From Octopus sinensis (taxonomy: Eukaryota): 35,743 nt of DNA. Positions 34,573-35,743 of this stretch are shown here, in pieces (positions within the stretch are counted from its first letter, which is position 1; every line of letters starts with the position of its first letter). The stretch is taken from contig NW_021826269.1 of NCBI RefSeq assembly GCF_006345805.1, positions 1 to 35,743 of the forward strand. The letters run 5' to 3'. A program made the position numbers and the translations under genes. The notes under the pieces were generated by a model. That model worked only from the letters and a program-made list of their open reading frames with translations. It made no database searches and was not told the DNA's origin.

Positions 34573-34807
34573 TGTGTGTGTGTGTGAGTGTGTGTGTTTG
34601 TGTGTGTGGCTGTGTTTGTCCCCCCAACATCGCTTGACAACCGATGCTGGTGTGTTTACACCCCCGTAACCTAGCAGTTCAGCAAAAGAGACCGAGAGAA
34701 TAAGTACTAAGCTTCCAAAGAATAAGTCCTGGGTTCGATTTGCTCGACTAAGGACGGACTCCAGCATGGCTGCTGTCAAATGACTGAAACAAATAAAAGA
34801 GTAAAGG
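34397..34807 (+). mobile_element. SINE family B, full length, internal (TG)n
   Basis: Shared head and tail. Confidence 0.85.
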
Positions 34808-35026
34808 AGTATACCACACAAACATCAGCTTCTCCAGTTGCATGGCACCTCAGTTGCTTGGATTTTGGGATGCAAAATCTTGTTGGCCCTTGATGTCTCA
34901 GGTTGAGATTTGGATGCAGCTTGTAGAAATTAAAACAATGGTAATATATGATGATGATAATGGTGATGATGATAGTAAAAAACCAAATATAAACAAAGAA
35001 ACGATTATTTTAAGCAAAAGATGACT

Positions 35027-35066
<40 letters not shown>

Positions 35067-35380
35067 TAGTAGTAAATGATGATGATGATGATGATGATGA
35101 TAGTGGTGGTGATGGGGAGGACGAGAATTAGGAGGAAAAAAGATGAGGAGGAGAATGAAAATGAGGAAGAGGAGGAAGGAGGGGATGAGGAGGAGGAAAA
35201 TGAGGAGGTGGAAGAAGGGGAGGAGGAAGGGGAAATGAGGAGGGGGAAGAAGATGAGGAAGGGAAAGAAGAGGAAGATGAGGGGGAGGAAAATGAGGAGG
35301 AGGAAGAAGATGAGGAAGGGGAAGAAGAGGAAGGAGGGGAGGAAAATGAGGAGGAGGAGGAGGAGGAAGGAGATGAGGAA

Positions 35381-35427
<47 letters not shown>

Positions 35428-35600
35428 AGAAGAAGAAGAAAAAGAAGAAAAGGCGGAAAGAAGAAGAAGAAGAAGAAGAAGAAGAGAAAGAGCGGGAAGA
35501 AAAGAAAAGAAGAGAAAGAAAAGAAGAAGAAGAAGAGAAGAAGAAGAAGAAGAAGAAGAAGAAGTGGAGGACGAAGAATAGGAGGACGAAGAGAAGGAGT
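35027..35600. repeat. (TAG)n/(GAT)n followed by a ~480-bp purine-rich (GAG/GAA)n low-complexity tract
   Basis: Directly visible. Confidence 0.9.
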
Positions 35601-35743
35601 GCATGAAAGGAGTAAGAACAAGAAAAACACAAAAGCATTAACAAGAAATGCGATGCATAAAATTATAAAACAGAACATCAAGAAGGAAATACTATGGGAA
35701 AAGATGGAAAGAAAAACCAATTATTATGGCGACCAAAGACCAG

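Noticed and set aside
1084-35720. Dozens of ORFs rich in YI, HT, CV, LSIY, poly-L/F/S/I/N/R
   Set aside because: They are stop-free translations of di-, tri- and tetranucleotide microsatellites; no domain content or splice support.
1-35743. CRISPR array or prokaryotic operon/defence system
   Set aside because: No regularly spaced repeat-spacer units and no gene-dense prokaryotic organisation; the sequence is eukaryotic repeat DNA.

Overview
AT-rich eukaryotic (metazoan) genomic DNA saturated with microsatellites and decayed mobile elements. The repeat make-up looks like an octopod cephalopod, probably Octopus; this is my recognition of the repeats and needs a database check. I can support no intact host protein-coding gene: nearly all ORFs in the track are translations of (TA)n/(CA)n/(TACA)n/(GATA)n/(AAT)n/(GAA)n tracts. 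Recognisable content: four tRNA-headed SINE-like families (labelled A-D here), a ~550-bp (AAT)n-tailed retroposon (E), four L1/Tx1-like LINE remnants (two with large internal deletions), two restriction-like-endonuclease (R4/Dong-type) LINE 3' fragments, a TIR-to-TIR dead mariner, and a 151-bp hAT-like MITE. Most notable structures: (i) five fold-back inverted duplications tied to retroelement ends, including a 213-bp, ~94% identical inverted repeat wrapped around a SINE head (8902-9487); (ii) several hammerhead-ribozyme-like motifs, one with a canonical CUGAAGA/GAAA core and others with altered cores, in Penelope-like terminal fragments; (iii) one SINE head joined to at least four different tails; (iv) a SINE 3' end resembling the L1/Tx1-like LINE 3' end. 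All alignments were done by eye.
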